Below, one piece after another: positions 39,739 to 52,637 of a stretch of DNA of 64,000 nucleotides. Numbering within the stretch: position 1 is the first letter of the stretch; each line of letters starts with the position of its first letter. Both the position numbers and the translations under genes were made by a program. The notes under the pieces are model-generated. The model did not search any database, had not been told where the DNA came from, and worked only from the letters and a program-made list of their open reading frames with translations. The stretch lies in NCBI RefSeq assembly GCF_006345805.1, contig NC_043001.1, positions 57,660,001-57,724,000 on the forward strand. The letters run 5' to 3'. The DNA is from Octopus sinensis (Eukaryota).

Positions 39739-39930
39739 AAGGTGGTGGGTTGATAGAATTATTAGCACGCCGGGCAAAATTCTTCGCAGTATTCCGTTTA
39801 CCTTTACGTTCTGAGATCAAATACTGCTGAGGTCGATTTTGACTTCCATCGCTTCAGGATCGATAAAATAAGTACCAGTTGAGCACTGGAGTCGGTGTTA
39901 TCGAATTACCAGCTTCTTCTAGAATTTCAG
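39739..39930 (+). mobile_element. SINE family 3 (tandem second copy)
   Basis: Same head and body (TTAGCACGCCGGGCAAAAT, GATAAAATAAGTACCAGTTGAGCACTGG). Confidence 0.8.
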
Positions 39931-39994
39931 GCATTGCCGCTGCGATTGCTGTGATTGCTATTTGACACAAGACTCGGAGTTTTAGCTGGAGATT

Positions 39995-40162
39995 GTAAAC
40001 CAATTGTATTCACCTTGGGGCTGAAATGGTACTTATTTTAATCAACACCGAAGAAATTAAGGGCAAAATTGAGTTTGGTCGGATTGGAACTGAGAACGTA
40101 AACAGTAGGCAGATAGACCGGTAAGCATTTTCTCCAACATACTAAAGATTCTGCTACCTCAC
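39995..40162 (-). mobile_element. SINE family 3 (diverged, inverted)
   Basis: Reverse complement reads GTGAGGTAGCAGAATCTTTAG...GTTCTCAGTTCCAAT...TTGATTAAAATAAGTACC. Confidence 0.6.
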
Positions 40163-40219
40163 AAATATTATAATAATTTTGTTTAAAAAGTGTTATTTAA
40201 TAACATCCAACCTACTATT

Positions 40220-42100
40220 TGATTGGACCTTTATTTTATCGATCCAAAAAGGCGCCGGGAGGTAAGTAAATTTTGTATTCACTGAAAATGGGCATAAAAT
40301 CTTGCAGATCGGAATATCAGCCTTCACTGATGTCTATACCACCTATACTTAGTGACCTGGTGTCGTTGAATAGGTGGACTTGTTTCGAGACGAACCCAGA
40401 CATGATGCATTTGTACTACTTATTCTGATCAATGTCATGTGGCAATGTTAGACAATTGGGTATAAGAAGAAGAATAAGCTACTTTCAGAGATTTTGTAGG
40501 TGAGATGGGGGTAGTTATCAGTTCCTCTAGCTAGATGTGGTTATTTCCATGAACAGTTAACGCTTCTCCTGAAAGTCTCTACTACTTCGGAATATTTGTA
40601 TTTTATAGTATTGTGTATGCTATGTGTGTTGTTGTGTTGAAATTCCCAAGTGTGATGTCTGTATGGCTGTGTATGAGTTCCATCGGTGGTTTATTGCTCG
40701 TTTTTATGGCAATAAACTTAATGATGCTTAATTTGTTGGTTTTGTGGTTTGTGACCTAGCTGTTGTGAGCGTGAATTAGGTTGTGCTTGTAATGGTGATA
40801 TCTGTGATAATGGTGGTGGAAGTGATTGGAATGATGTTGTTGACAATATATTGATGTAGCTGCTGATAGTATTGGCGTTTGAGTATTGTTTCTAAAAATC
40901 ATCTCAACCCATTTCTTCATATCTTCCAGTATGTTGTGTTGGTATTGATATGCTTTAGTTACTTTTCATTTCTTTGCCTTACTAACATTTTGCCATTTAG
41001 CCTATTGAGAGGCCCTTTCACTGTAAGAGATATTTGTGTGTTTCTACAGAAGGAGGGCAAAATCTCGTGGGTCATTATTTCTTGTGCTATTTGGGGGTTT
41101 CCAGTTGCTGCTGTTATCAGCGAGTGGTTCCTCTTGCAGGTAGTATTTGTTTTTTGCCGCTGTTGTTTCCACTCTTAATTTGTTGCTCCTGTTTAACAAC
41201 AGTTGTAACTCCAACTTCCTGTCCTGTGATTGGTGCTGCAATCACTGGAGAGGTGTTTGCATGCAGATTTTGAAGTTGTTGCTAATTTTGTTGTTGCAGA
41301 AATTGTGGTGTTGACAGGAATGGAAGCTTCCTTTGTCGTTGGTAACATTACCGCCTTCTGTCTTCCACAACCAATTGCAATTGCTACTCCAATCAGATCT
41401 CTGTATTAGTTTGGGAATCGTGTCCGGTTTCTTCGGTTTGACTAAACATTTCCAACAACATCACCACTCAATTATCCAATTTAAACTTTTTAATTTCGAG
41501 AATTATACTGGGAACTTCCAGCATCACACATTTCATTACACAGCAGAAATCAATTTCTGGTATCATGTTTGATATTTTTATGCGGCGGATCGCACTCCGT
41601 CCCAGGTAAATTGGCAATAATGTGAACTCTTCCATATTTAGTTTGATTGTGAAATGTTTCTGAGTTAAATGTCATGAGCGGAAGATAATCTTGATGTAGA
41701 CGGGTTTCGGAGCATACTGGCAAAACTGACGTCACCCCATATACTTTTTAATCAGAGCTGAGCTTAGTCTGAAGTTATGCATCCTAATAGACATGCGTTG
41801 AGGCTTAATAGTTTTCGCTAAAAGATTCTGTGATATATATATAGTGTAACCTTTTTTTTTATCGTGTCGCAATACATGCTTTTCTGTCACCGTTAACGAA
41901 TCATCCTTGTTTTTTAGTGGTACCACATCAAATACATTAATTATTTTCGCAATAGTGATATTTTTGTTTCGAGTTTTAATACTGTCGGTATTTCAAGTGT
42001 CGTTTTCAATGGTTATATTATTTCTTATTCGTGTTGCAGTTTGTGGTGATTGTGCTCATAATGCACGCTTCGTTGCTGTTGGTGAATTTTAGAGCTTTGC
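40220..42100 (-). mobile_element. Decayed L1/Tx1-like 5' part (ORF1 relic and APE N-terminus)
   Basis: Around 40420-40260 the minus strand reads CIMSGFVSKQVHLFNDTRSLSIGGIDISE...PIFSEYKIY, like the APE start at 33254. CWKC/TGH knuckle relic near 41440; Thr/Pro-rich spacer between. Confidence 0.5.
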
Positions 42101-42183
42101 TACTCGATATTTCCTTGACCATACTGGTGATGCTACTGTAGTTAGTAGCAATAACAACGGCAGCAACAGCAGCAGCAGCGGAT

Positions 42184-42216
<33 letters not shown>

Positions 42217-42632
42217 TAGTAGTAGTAGTAGTAGTAGTAGTAGTTGTTGCTCTTATTGTTTTAGTTACTGTTTCTGTTGTCGGTGCTGCTGCCACTGCTG
42301 ATGTTTGTAAAAATTGTGGGGAGAAATTGAGGTCGATAAATAATTTCGCTTTTAAATTCTCCTCCCACTTTCTTCTCTTCTTAATTCGGCTAGGAAGACA
42401 GTGCCGTATTGAACTTTTTCAATGTCTCAGAACGAAAATTTTCTTTCCAAATTTTTTCCCCTTCAAGAGTAGGTAAACCTAACTGCTGGGCAGACGAATA
42501 TAGACCAGGTCACCTTGAAAAAAAATATATAGCAAGGAAATTAATAACATTTATCTTATGATAAGAAAAACAAAGTGCAGTCTTCTTACTGAACTTCAAA
42601 ATCATGACGGCCACTGGTGATAAGTAATAATT

Positions 42633-43872
42633 ATAAAGCGGAGATTAAACAACTCGATCGCACTACCTGAATGGCAATGACAATGTATATGTTTCTTTAT
42701 TACCCATAAGGGGCTAAACATAGAGGGGACAAACAAGGACAGACAAACGGATTAAGACGATTTCATCGACCCCAGTGCTTAACTGTTACTTAATTTATCG
42801 ACCCAGAAAGGATGAAAGGCAAAGTCGACCTCGGCGGAATTTGAACTCAGAACGTAGCGGCAGACGAAATACGGCTACGCATTTCGCCCGGCGTGCTAAC
42901 GGTTCTGCCAGCTCGCCGCCTATGACAATGTATAGTGTCCTCCACAGTAAGCCGAATGTACACAGGCTCTACATGAAGTGGAGTAAAGTTTGGCGTGGGC
43001 TGATCAGCGAACAGGAGTGCATCAACAGTAAAAGAAGAAACATGGAGGTGTATCTGGTAAACAGAAAACAAGACCTACAGTATGCTGCTAATGCAGAGGG
43101 GTGACCTAAACCCGAATACTGAAAGTTTATTCATCGCTGCTCAGAATCAGGCATTTAATACTAACTGAGTGCAAAGGGATATATACCACACAAGTGCAAC
43201 GAACCCTTCCGAATGTGTGGGAAGAGGGTCGAAAACGAGACTCTCAATTTTTGTGCTTATGAAAGTCTTGCGCAGAAACAGTACAGACGCCATCACGACA
43301 AGGCAGCCCAAAACATTCAGTGGCTAATATGCCGGAATCATGGACACGAGATAATGGGTGCTTGGTACTAACATACACCGGAAAAGATAAAAACGAAAAA
43401 GAGAAAGCAAAATACCTCCGCGACTTTGACTTCCAGACAGACAACGTGTAAGAGAACCGAAGGCCGGGTATAGTAACCTTTTGGAAAGACGAAACAGAGT
43501 GCCTAATAATCGACGTGACAGGGCCAATTAATCAATATATTATCATGAAAGAAAGAGAAAAGATGGATAAATATGGAGGCCTGAAAATTGAGATCACCAT
43601 GATGAGGCTGCTACGAGAGTCAAACATAAAGTTTGTCCCTATTATCTTCGGAGGATTGGGTTCAATACCACCCAACCTGAACAAAATAATTCAGAAATAC
43701 CCTACAATATAGGTGCATTGCAAACATCACCATTACTTGGAACAGCGTGCATATTGTGTAATATATTGTCTGTCTGAGTTCCTTGTGACTTGACAGACAG
43801 TCAAATACTTGGTACACACAATATCTTCAATCAACAACATCACGATAGTGGATACTGTGCCACATCTTTAAC

Positions 43873-43873
<1 letters not shown>
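42633..43873 (+). mobile_element. 5'-truncated, internally deleted Dong-clade copy (subfamily D) with a nested SINE
   Basis: IKQLDR..MTM|YSVLHSKPNVHRLY, RGDLNPNTESLFIAAQNQA, RHHDKAAQ, DFQTD, IIDVTGP, EKMDKYGGL, VPIIFGGLG. Followed by (AAT)n at 43874-43930. Confidence 0.85.
42691..42920 (-). mobile_element. SINE family 3, well preserved, with a 13-bp TSD
   Basis: Head GGCGGCGAGCTGGCAGAACCGTTAGC, B-box GAGTTCAAATTCC. ATGACAATGTATA occurs at 42677-42689 and 42922-42934. Confidence 0.92.
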
Positions 43874-43930
<57 letters not shown>

Positions 43931-43932
<2 letters not shown>

Positions 43933-44469
43933 TGCAGTACCAGACAGTGGTACTGATCTTAACTGATTGGAAGTGTTATCATGTATATTGTTTTGTCTTG
44001 GTATAAAAGATGGGCTACAGCAAATATTCTGCTCAATACCACAGATTTGCTTGTCAGTTGTTTGACCTTAACCAGTTGAGCATGTCCCTTAGTGGCTGAC
44101 GATATGTGCATCTCTGATCACGAGCAGAAGTAGTGGGGGAGCATCATAGCCATGTGTTGAGAGGAATTCTTTGGGGTTTGAATAATTCACCTTTGGAAAC
44201 ATGGGTGGTTCTTTCAACATCCTTAAACAACCCTTATTCAGGGATCTTTTGAGCGGGATGGGCTACTCAACCTGAAGAAAATTCTAACTGGGCCCCACCT
44301 GCAAGGTCATGTGCTGTTTATCTTGATATGAGATCACCATGTCGCGCATATATGGTTGTGATGCATGTGCCTGGTGTACCCTTATCAGACGGGTAGTCAT
44401 GATGGGTATATTGGGCTTCGTATATTTTACCCCAGTGTCACTTTGATGGCATGAACTGCTCTCTCACTC
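43931..44469 (+). mobile_element. ORF-less (AAT)n-tailed repeat ('N element') inserted in an AAT array
   Basis: Flanked by (AAT)n on both sides; homologous to 58667-59080; no long ORF. Confidence 0.75.
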
Positions 44470-44503
44470 AATAATAATAATAATAATAATAAAACAATAT
44501 CAT

Positions 44504-44538
<35 letters not shown>

Positions 44539-44759
44539 GTGATGATGATAATGATGATAGTAATACTGGTGATAATGATTATAGTGATAATAAAGGTGAT
44601 GATAATAACAATAATAAGCCGACTACGGCTGCTATAATGGTACGATTATAATTGTAACGGCAATGATGGCCGTCTCCCCACGAGCCAATCAAAGCTCAAA
44701 AATAATAACATTATCGTAGCACCAAAATGTTTTTGGAAACTAAAAGGAAAACTAAATCA

Positions 44760-47700
44760 GTATAAGAAATCGCTTGTCCTACGGTTAATCTGGAAGCGCG
44801 TCCCCCATTGAAGAGCCAGCCTGGTATCGAAACGTCATCAACTGGCACAAACTCTTCTCCGAATACGGACATGGATGGTCACTTGAACGGGAAATTCCTT
44901 AACTCGAGCCCTCCAAGTTCACAACCACAACCACCACAGAAAGAAAAATGTAAGCGGAACAAATGAACCCGAGAAGAGTATAAAGAAGTGTCTCAAGAGA
45001 GACACACCGCAAACTCTTACAGTATATGGAGAACACGGAATCAAGACAGTAGGCCCTATTTGGACGAGAACAAATTGGCAAATGTGAGGAAGGATATCCT
45101 TAGAAATAACAGACTCGCAGGCAGTGAAATAAGCGCGGTCAAGCACGCAACGGAAAATGACATAAATATAAGACACAAAGGAAATGAAGAATCAGATGAA
45201 CAGTATAGCCCGCCACGAGGCTTAATTGAAAGACTGCCATCTGACCAAAGTACGCAAAGGCCTGAAGATACAAGAAATTCTATTGAACCTGTTAAAGATA
45301 GCCAGGAAAATGATAAAACAACAGTAACTGAAGATCTCGCATTCGCTGAAGAACACAGATAGTCTATGGCAGAAATGAGGCAGAAAATCCTGAATACGCT
45401 TGAAGTTGTAAGACATACAAGTATGAATGATAGAGAACCACTTCATAAACTCTCAAATACAAACCAAAATAAAAAAACAAATCCAAATTGGCAACTATGT
45501 AACAAATGAAATAATACAAGAATTAAAACCTGATTTTATTGAGTTAAATGAAATTATTTACGCTTCTGCTAGGGCAACCGAAAACACAAAGAAAACCAAA
45601 CCTGGGAAGAAATCAAACCTCGAGAAGTAAAATTGAAAAAGAGATTGAATTTATGAGAGGCGAAATATCAATATTAAATGAACTAATATGTGGAAATGAT
45701 GTAAGATCCAGAACAGGAAGTAAGATGAAGAGAAAATTTGGATCCTCACCAAGAGAAGAACTGATATCAATAAAAGAAACGCTGAAACAAAAAGTCCAAG
45801 CAAAAGCCCAAAGAATACGAATATTTGAGAAGAGAAACAAGTTTTACAATCAAAATAAGCTGTTCATATCCAATGCCAAAAAATTCTACAGAGAAATAGG
45901 GAAGGAGAAAGTAACCGTTAAAGACCCCCCTCCCATGGAAGAATTCTAAACTTTTGGAAAAGGATTTGGAGTGACAAGAAGACGTACAACATAAATGCTG
46001 ACTGGATTATACAAACAGAAGGATCCTACCAAAATTTACAAGCATGGGAAGACATCACAATAGCAGACCTAAGAAAGGCACTCACGAAGGCCCATAATTG
46101 GAAATTCCCCGGTAAAGATAGGGTGCCGAATTTCTGGCTCGCATCGCTCCCATGCGCACACGGTAAGCTAGTTCAGCTGCTCAATGGAATTATGAGAGAC
46201 CCAAAGAAAACACCTGAATGGTTAGCAAGTGGTATTACTTACCTACTCCCAAAGAATAACGAAACCACCCTTCCAAAAAACTATCGGCCTATAACCTGTC
46301 TTTCCACCACGTATAAAATCCTAATATCAATCCTGGCGGAGAAAACATATGCATTCATGGAGAAGAACGATATTTTCCCTACTGAACAAAAAGGGTGCCG
46401 CTGAGGCTCATACGGGTGCAAAGATCACCTGCTAATCAATCTTATGATCCTTGAGAACTGTCACAACAAGCGCAGAAATCTCAGCTCCGCATGGGTTCAC
46501 TATAAAAAGGGCTTCGACAGTATACCGCTTCCATGGACCTTGAGATCGCTGGACATCTTCAAAATTTTCCCCTGTGGTTTCAAGCTTCCTGAAGCACAAT
46601 ATGTCGTTGCGGAATACAAATCTCCAATTATACCACTCTAATGGAGTACTTGCCTCAGAATATATAAACATCAACTGTGGAATTTTTCAAGGTGACTCAC
46701 TTTCACCTTTAATATTCTGCATAGCCCTAATACCCTTTACAAGTGAATTAAACAGAACAGGGTATGGGTATAAAATTGCCAATAAAAAAATAAGCCATCT
46801 ATTTTATATGGATGACTTAAAACTCTATGGTAAAGATGATGAACTTGAAGGCACTGTGAATGCATTCAGCGATGACATCGGGATGGAGTTTGGGCTTGAG
46901 AAGTGTGCCAAGGCCACTTTCCAGAAAGGGAAAGTGAAGACCACAAATTCAGTCGTGTTAGATGTTGACACAGTCATAAGAGAGCTTGAGTAAGAACAAA
47001 CATACAAATATTTAGGGATAAATGAAGGCTTTGGTATTCAGTATGCAAGCATGAAAGAGAAGATCAGGAAGGAATGTTATAGGAGAGTTCATGCAGTCCT
47101 GAAATCTGAACTAAATGCACGTAACAAGGTGTTAGCTATAAATTCCTTAGTAGTTCCAGTTGTTACTTATAGCTACAAAGTGTTGAACTGGAATATGAGT
47201 GAAGTAAAGAATATAGATAGGAAAATACGCAAGCTGCTGAGTTGTAATAGGATGCACCACCCAAAGGCAGACGTAGATCGCCTTTGCCTTCCCAGAGCCC
47301 AAGGAGGTCGAGGCCTGATCCAATTTGAACTAGCTTACAAAACAGCCACAATTGGACTGGCCAAATATCTCGAAATAACGAATGACTGGATGCTAAATCT
47401 CGTGGAAAATCACGAGAGACGAAAGAAGCTTCATTCTATCATAAAGGAAAGCAAAAGATTTGCTATTGATCTCGTGCAGGATACCCAAACTGAACAACCC
47501 GAGGGAAGTACGGCAACTATTGTTGCAAAGAAGGTGAAAATAATGGCAACGAAAAAAGCGCACGAGCAATTGGCTGATAGGTGGGAGGAGAAACCTCTGC
47601 ACGGCAAATATGTGGCCCGCAGCAAATAAGCTGATGTCGACCAGAAGCAAACCCATCAGTGGCTACGGAGCTCAGGGCTAAAAGCAGAGAGCGAAGGTTT

Positions 47701-48478
47701 CATCCTGGCTGCTCAAGATCAAAGCCTATTAACCCGGAACTACCAGGCCAAGGTGATGAAAAATGGAGCAGACCCAAAATGCCGATTCTGCAACGACATG
47801 ATTGAAACAGTGGACCACCTAATCTCTGGATGTAAAGTCTTAGCACTAGTGGAGTATAAATTAAGACATGACAGAGTTGGCCAATATCTACACTGGCTAA
47901 TAAGTCGGCATTACAATATCAAAACTGGCGACAAGTGGTATAATCACCACCCTGAAGCTGTAACTGAAGGAGAAAATGTAACGATTCTGTGAGACTTTTC
48001 AGTACATACAGAACGAACCATCAAAGCCAATAAACCAGATATTGTTGTGAAAGACCAAAACAATAAAGTTTGCTTATTGATCGACATGAGCATCCCCTGT
48101 GATCATAATATCTCGGCGAAAGAGTTTGACAAGCTCAGAAAATATAAATACCTGCTCATTGAAATTGAGAAAATGTGGCATCTCAAGGCGATTACAATAC
48201 CAGTGATCGTAGGAACACTAGGAATGATCAAGAAGGAAACCGAAAATTATATGAGAATGATCACTGGTTTACCATCCCCGCAAGAAGTACAAAAGATTGT
48301 CTTAACTGGTACATCACACGTATTGAGAAGAGCATTGTCGATGTGAGAACTATTACTACCCGTGTATTTTAATTTAACTTAAATAAAGAAAATGAACGAA
48401 CTAGTGAGTTTAGTTTAATGGCCTACCAATGTATACTATGAGTTTCTTTGCCCTAGGAGTCGGGAAGAAGAAAAAAAG

Positions 48479-48479
<1 letters not shown>
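44760..48479 (+). mobile_element. Near full-length R4/Dong-clade element (subfamily B), multiple stops and frameshifts
   Basis: N-terminal TREEYKEV; RT motifs PNFWL, NYRPITCL, EQKGC, YKKGFDS, GIFQGDSLSPL, YMDDLKLY; CRFC...DHLISGC, RHDRVG, KPDIVV, IDMSIP, KYK, GTSHVLRR. (AAT)n tail at 48480-48540. Confidence 0.93.
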
Positions 48480-48542
<63 letters not shown>

Positions 48543-48544
48543 CA

Positions 48545-48690
48545 CCAACATCGAAAAATACCTTAAGAATGAGAACCCAGGTTCGAATTATTCCCAAGAC
48601 AGCTGACGAAGGCTGGAGGGTATATCAGCCGAAACGTTGTGTTAATAACAAACAAGATGAGGACAAATATCGGTCAATTGTAAATAACGT
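48545..48690 (+). mobile_element. Short hammerhead-bearing repeat (probable solo PLE pseudo-LTR)
   Basis: About 145 bp between the Dong AAT tail and an L1 fragment; contains a hammerhead fold. The PLE origin is inferred. Confidence 0.5.
48598..48643 (+). ncRNA. Minimal type-I hammerhead-like motif, canonical C3-G8 core
   Basis: GACAG-[CTGACGA]-A-GGCTG gagggtatat CAGCC-[GAAA]-C G-TT|GTGTT. 5-bp stem II, palindromic AACGTT stem III; stem I has a G-G mismatch at its first pair. Confidence 0.6.
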
Positions 48691-51450
48691 ACCTCCCCCT
48701 TATTTAGATACTTTCTAAGCAGTAGTACTGCACTTCGGCTCACATATTTGGGAATTCTATTGCCAGCTGTAGTATATATCTGCCACGTACTTGCAAACAA
48801 GTCTGGCATATTGGAATAAAGCTCGCAGGCCAGACCATCTACTTCCAGTGATTTGTCCCCCGTGCTGTCCATCACCTCGTCCCGTATTTCTTCAATTGTT
48901 ATCGGCCTTTCGCAACACTCTGCATCTCTTCCTGAGAGTCGTGGCAGGCCATCGAGGTTGGCAGGGAAATCCATCCTGCGATATGGCCCAACATTCGTCT
49001 CGAACAATTCGGCAAAATGCTGCTGAAATGCCGCACACATCTGCTCCGGCTTGTTCACTGTGCACCTATTTTGGTTCACTAAAGACCGAATGGTGATTTT
49101 GTTGCAATTTTACACCCGGGCCCATCGAGCAGCTTTGGTACCATCTTGTCTCAGAGCCCGTGCCTTTGCTCTGACAATGTAGCTTTCATGCTTGGCGTTG
49201 AAGTGTTCATCGAAGGCCAACCTCGCTGCCAGCAAGTCAGTTGTAATGCCTTTCCTAATCGCCACTTCTAACTTTCTCACTAAATCCGCCCCTAATCAAT
49301 TTCTTTCTACAGCTAAGACTTTACTAACTCTAAACGATTCTATTTTGATGCTTTTTTTAAAGTTATATCACCATTTATTGTTAAAGATTTCCACAAAGCT
49401 TTCTGAACTAACTCTATAATCTGGCCCGCCGGGAGTAACGATTTCAGCTTCCAGTAGCCGTGGCCCTGTCTACGTATGCTACATAAGTCGACCTTACAAG
49501 TCACCAATTTGTGATCTGTGTAGCCGATGATTTGAAATTGTGGACAACTAATACTATCCCACTATCTAGAGACTTGCAAAATATTCTATCTATATACGAC
49601 GCGGATGTGTCGATGAGGTTCACCCATGTCCACACTGGCACATTCGTGAAATCCAGTCGGTACTTGTCAAACAGTTGAAAGTTTCTGAGCATGTATGCGA
49701 GGCATTTGCAACCCCCTTTTTTATCGGCTGGCCCCACAGTGTCCAATTGTGCATCTAAGATAGCATTGATATCACACACTAATACTAAAGTTAGGGACAT
49801 ACCCAGGAAGATCTCCAGACTCCTGAAGTATTCCGGCTGTCCTGCACCTGGCGGTGCATAAACAGCCACCAGTCTGAAGGTCCCACCGTTACTACCATTC
49901 ATGTCCAGGACCAGCAGCTTGCCTTATGGCTCCAAGAAGACTGACTTAATTTTGAGATCCAAACCCTGCTGTGCCTTGTGCTATTGGCTGTTTCTTTGGT
50001 GTTGGTAGTGGTATTATTGCTGAAGGTATTGGAAGCTTGAGTGTTTGTGTGTTGTTGATGTTTTCAGGTGATTTTCATTGTTTTATTTTGGTGGGAGATA
50101 CAGCTTGTTTATTTGTTTGTGTACAGTTGTGTCTTTTTCTTAGTCTTTTATGTGTGACCTGTCCACTCAGTACTGTCACCCTCTCCACGCAATATGTCTG
50201 AGTGTTCATTGTCGGGAAGGGGTAGTTGCAGTGGGACGAAATTTGCTGATGCCTTTTGTTCCTCTGACTCTCGTATAGTTAGTAGTGGTGGTGGTGGGGG
50301 GGGGGTATTAGTGTTTTTGCTGCATTCTTCTCTGCTTTCTTTTCTTGAGCGTTTCTTTTGTTTGGGTTGTTTTTGTTGTTGCAGTTACTTCAGTTGTTGT
50401 GGTGTGGGTGGTGTTGCATCAGGGGGTAGTGCCATCCTCTTTTAGTTGCGGGAGAATGCTTTCACATGGTTATTCTCTCTGCATTGATAATATCTTGGCT
50501 TTCAGCCCTCAACTGTGACGTTCAGCCTAGTGTGATCTGGAAGGCTGAGTTGGTTAGGAATTTGTTCCAAAAGTTCTTGTTTTATTTGGACCATTATTTG
50601 CAATTCCTGAGCAGGCCAGTTGTTTTACTCATGTTTCTCGACTTGGATCATTCTGATTTTATCTTCCAAGTTGAGGAGAACGGCTACGACAATACATTAA
50701 GAGTTCATTTCTGGTAATATCGCCAGTGTATTTATCCTGGCGACGCGCCGTCCCGTGTCTGTTGAAACTAGGAGAAATCCACTGCTTCTCGGCTGGGCTG
50801 TTGAGTGCTGTTTCGCTACGTTTTCTGTAGCAATTCTGACTTCAAGTGTACCATATTTCTTACCCCTTGGCAGATATGTTACGTTTTTCCAAATAGTTTG
50901 GAAGCATTTTTCAACTGCTTGATTTGTGGCAGATTCTAAATGTCTGTTTTTTAAAGATATCATTGTTACACTATAGTACGTTTGTTTGTGTTGTCTATAA
51001 TATCTGGAGGTGTGTTTATCGAAATGCATCTTTCGCCTTTTCGTTTTAAAACGTTTCTGTAGTCTTTGAGCGATTCTACAGAAATCTTCATGAATTCAGT
51101 TCTAAGTTTTACCATTGGAACAAAAGCTCGGCTGTTTAATGCATTGGGTTGTTGTTGCTGAGTGTTTAATGTGTTAGTGTTAGTGGTGGTTGTGGGAAGG
51201 CTAGGGTTCACAGGTGTTGCGACGCTGGGAGCGTCCAGTAGCTGAATTTCCTTGCTCTTTACATCTTCTTTCTCGCGTCTAACAAGACTTTGGTCATCCC
51301 ACTCCTTGCATATTAATGCGCGGTGTGGGCAGAGACAATTAATTTTCAAACTCTTTTGGCTGTCTTCCGACAACAGAAATGGGGAGGGTAAAAAAAAGGG
51401 AGTGGTGACACTCTTTTTCAAGGATAATTTTTACAAATTTTTAAATTAAA
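48690..51450 (-). mobile_element. L1/Tx1-like LINE: ORF1 relic, APE and pre-RT region, truncated at RT entry
   Basis: GKKYGTLEVR...GRRVARI and NVTVEG*KPRYYQC..NH (ORF1); FRLVAVYAPP, DINAILD, YIDRIF (APE); QMCAAFQQHFAEL, RPITIEEI, VDGLACELY, RSAVLLLRK. Confidence 0.8.
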
Positions 51451-51469
51451 AATTTTTAAATGGAGAATT

Positions 51470-51660
51470 TAAATTGAATATTCCCCACAAAAGGGGAAAA
51501 CTTCCTCCTTACCGCTCAGCACAGCAAGAACCCAGTCGGCCTGGTCACGGAAATGTACAAAAGTTTCACAACAGCAATATTTTCTGTAAAAATTGAACAG
51601 AAACATACTGCTCATGAACACACATTCTTCCTCTTTGAAATCCACGAATAGAGTCCCCTT
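51470..51660 (-). mobile_element. Possible L1-like extreme 3' fragment
   Basis: ...FYRKYCCCETFVHFRDQADWVLAVLSG then AT-rich sequence; weak resemblance to L1-clade C-termini. Confidence 0.3.
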
Positions 51661-51690
51661 ATAATAATAATAATAATAATAATAATAAAA

Positions 51691-51730
<40 letters not shown>

Positions 51731-51994
51731 TGATGATGATGATGATGATAATGATAAAAATAAGACAAACGAATATCTCAAGAACACTTTAAAACATTAA
51801 TATATTAAATTTTATATGAAACGTGTCCCTGGCTACCCAAATATGTAAACATACCTTTTTTTGCGAGAAGACAATTGAATTCAAAAATTCAAAAATTCAA
51901 TGACGTGAATATCTGTATATATGTATGTATGTATGTATGTATTTATGTATGTATGTATGTATGTATGTATATATATGTATATATATATTATATA

Positions 51995-52082
<88 letters not shown>

Positions 52083-52092
52083 TATTATTATA

Positions 52093-52137
<45 letters not shown>

Positions 52138-52637
52138 GTTCTCAAACAGTAAGTACAAATAGAAGGGGTTGAATTGCTTCTTCTCAAGGTCAAGGCCAGC
52201 ACTCTATGTGGTCTTGGTAGTAATAAACACAATTGACCTCTGCTGAACCAAAGGCTGCGATGATTCTTTTGTTTCTATGGTTGACCTCCCCACCAGCTGC
52301 CGAATCTATTTATAGACCTGTAGAATTTGATCTCTTCACCAATTTGCTACTTCCCCGCCCCAGCTATTTCTTTAAACAGCCACATATTTATGATTATCTC
52401 AAGTACAAGACAAAAGTTGAAAATAATGAACATTTAACAAAATCTTTTAATAACAAATGGAAATATCAATAATGATAATAACAGTGGTATTGATGGTGAT
52501 AATGATAAAACTATAAATAATGATATGCTGCTGCTGCTAATACTACAAATGCTACAACTTATACTATTCTGATTGCACAGGAATCTGGGACCCAAACAAT
52601 AATACCAGTGATATCAGTGATGATAATAATAATAAAA

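Noticed and set aside
42691-42920. tRNA-like heads as true tRNA genes
   Set aside because: They continue into shared SINE bodies and lack a full cloverleaf.
44805-44842. TTGAAGAG...GAAACGTC near the Dong-B 5' end
   Set aside because: Stem II is poorly formed and no stem I was found; not supportable from one copy.
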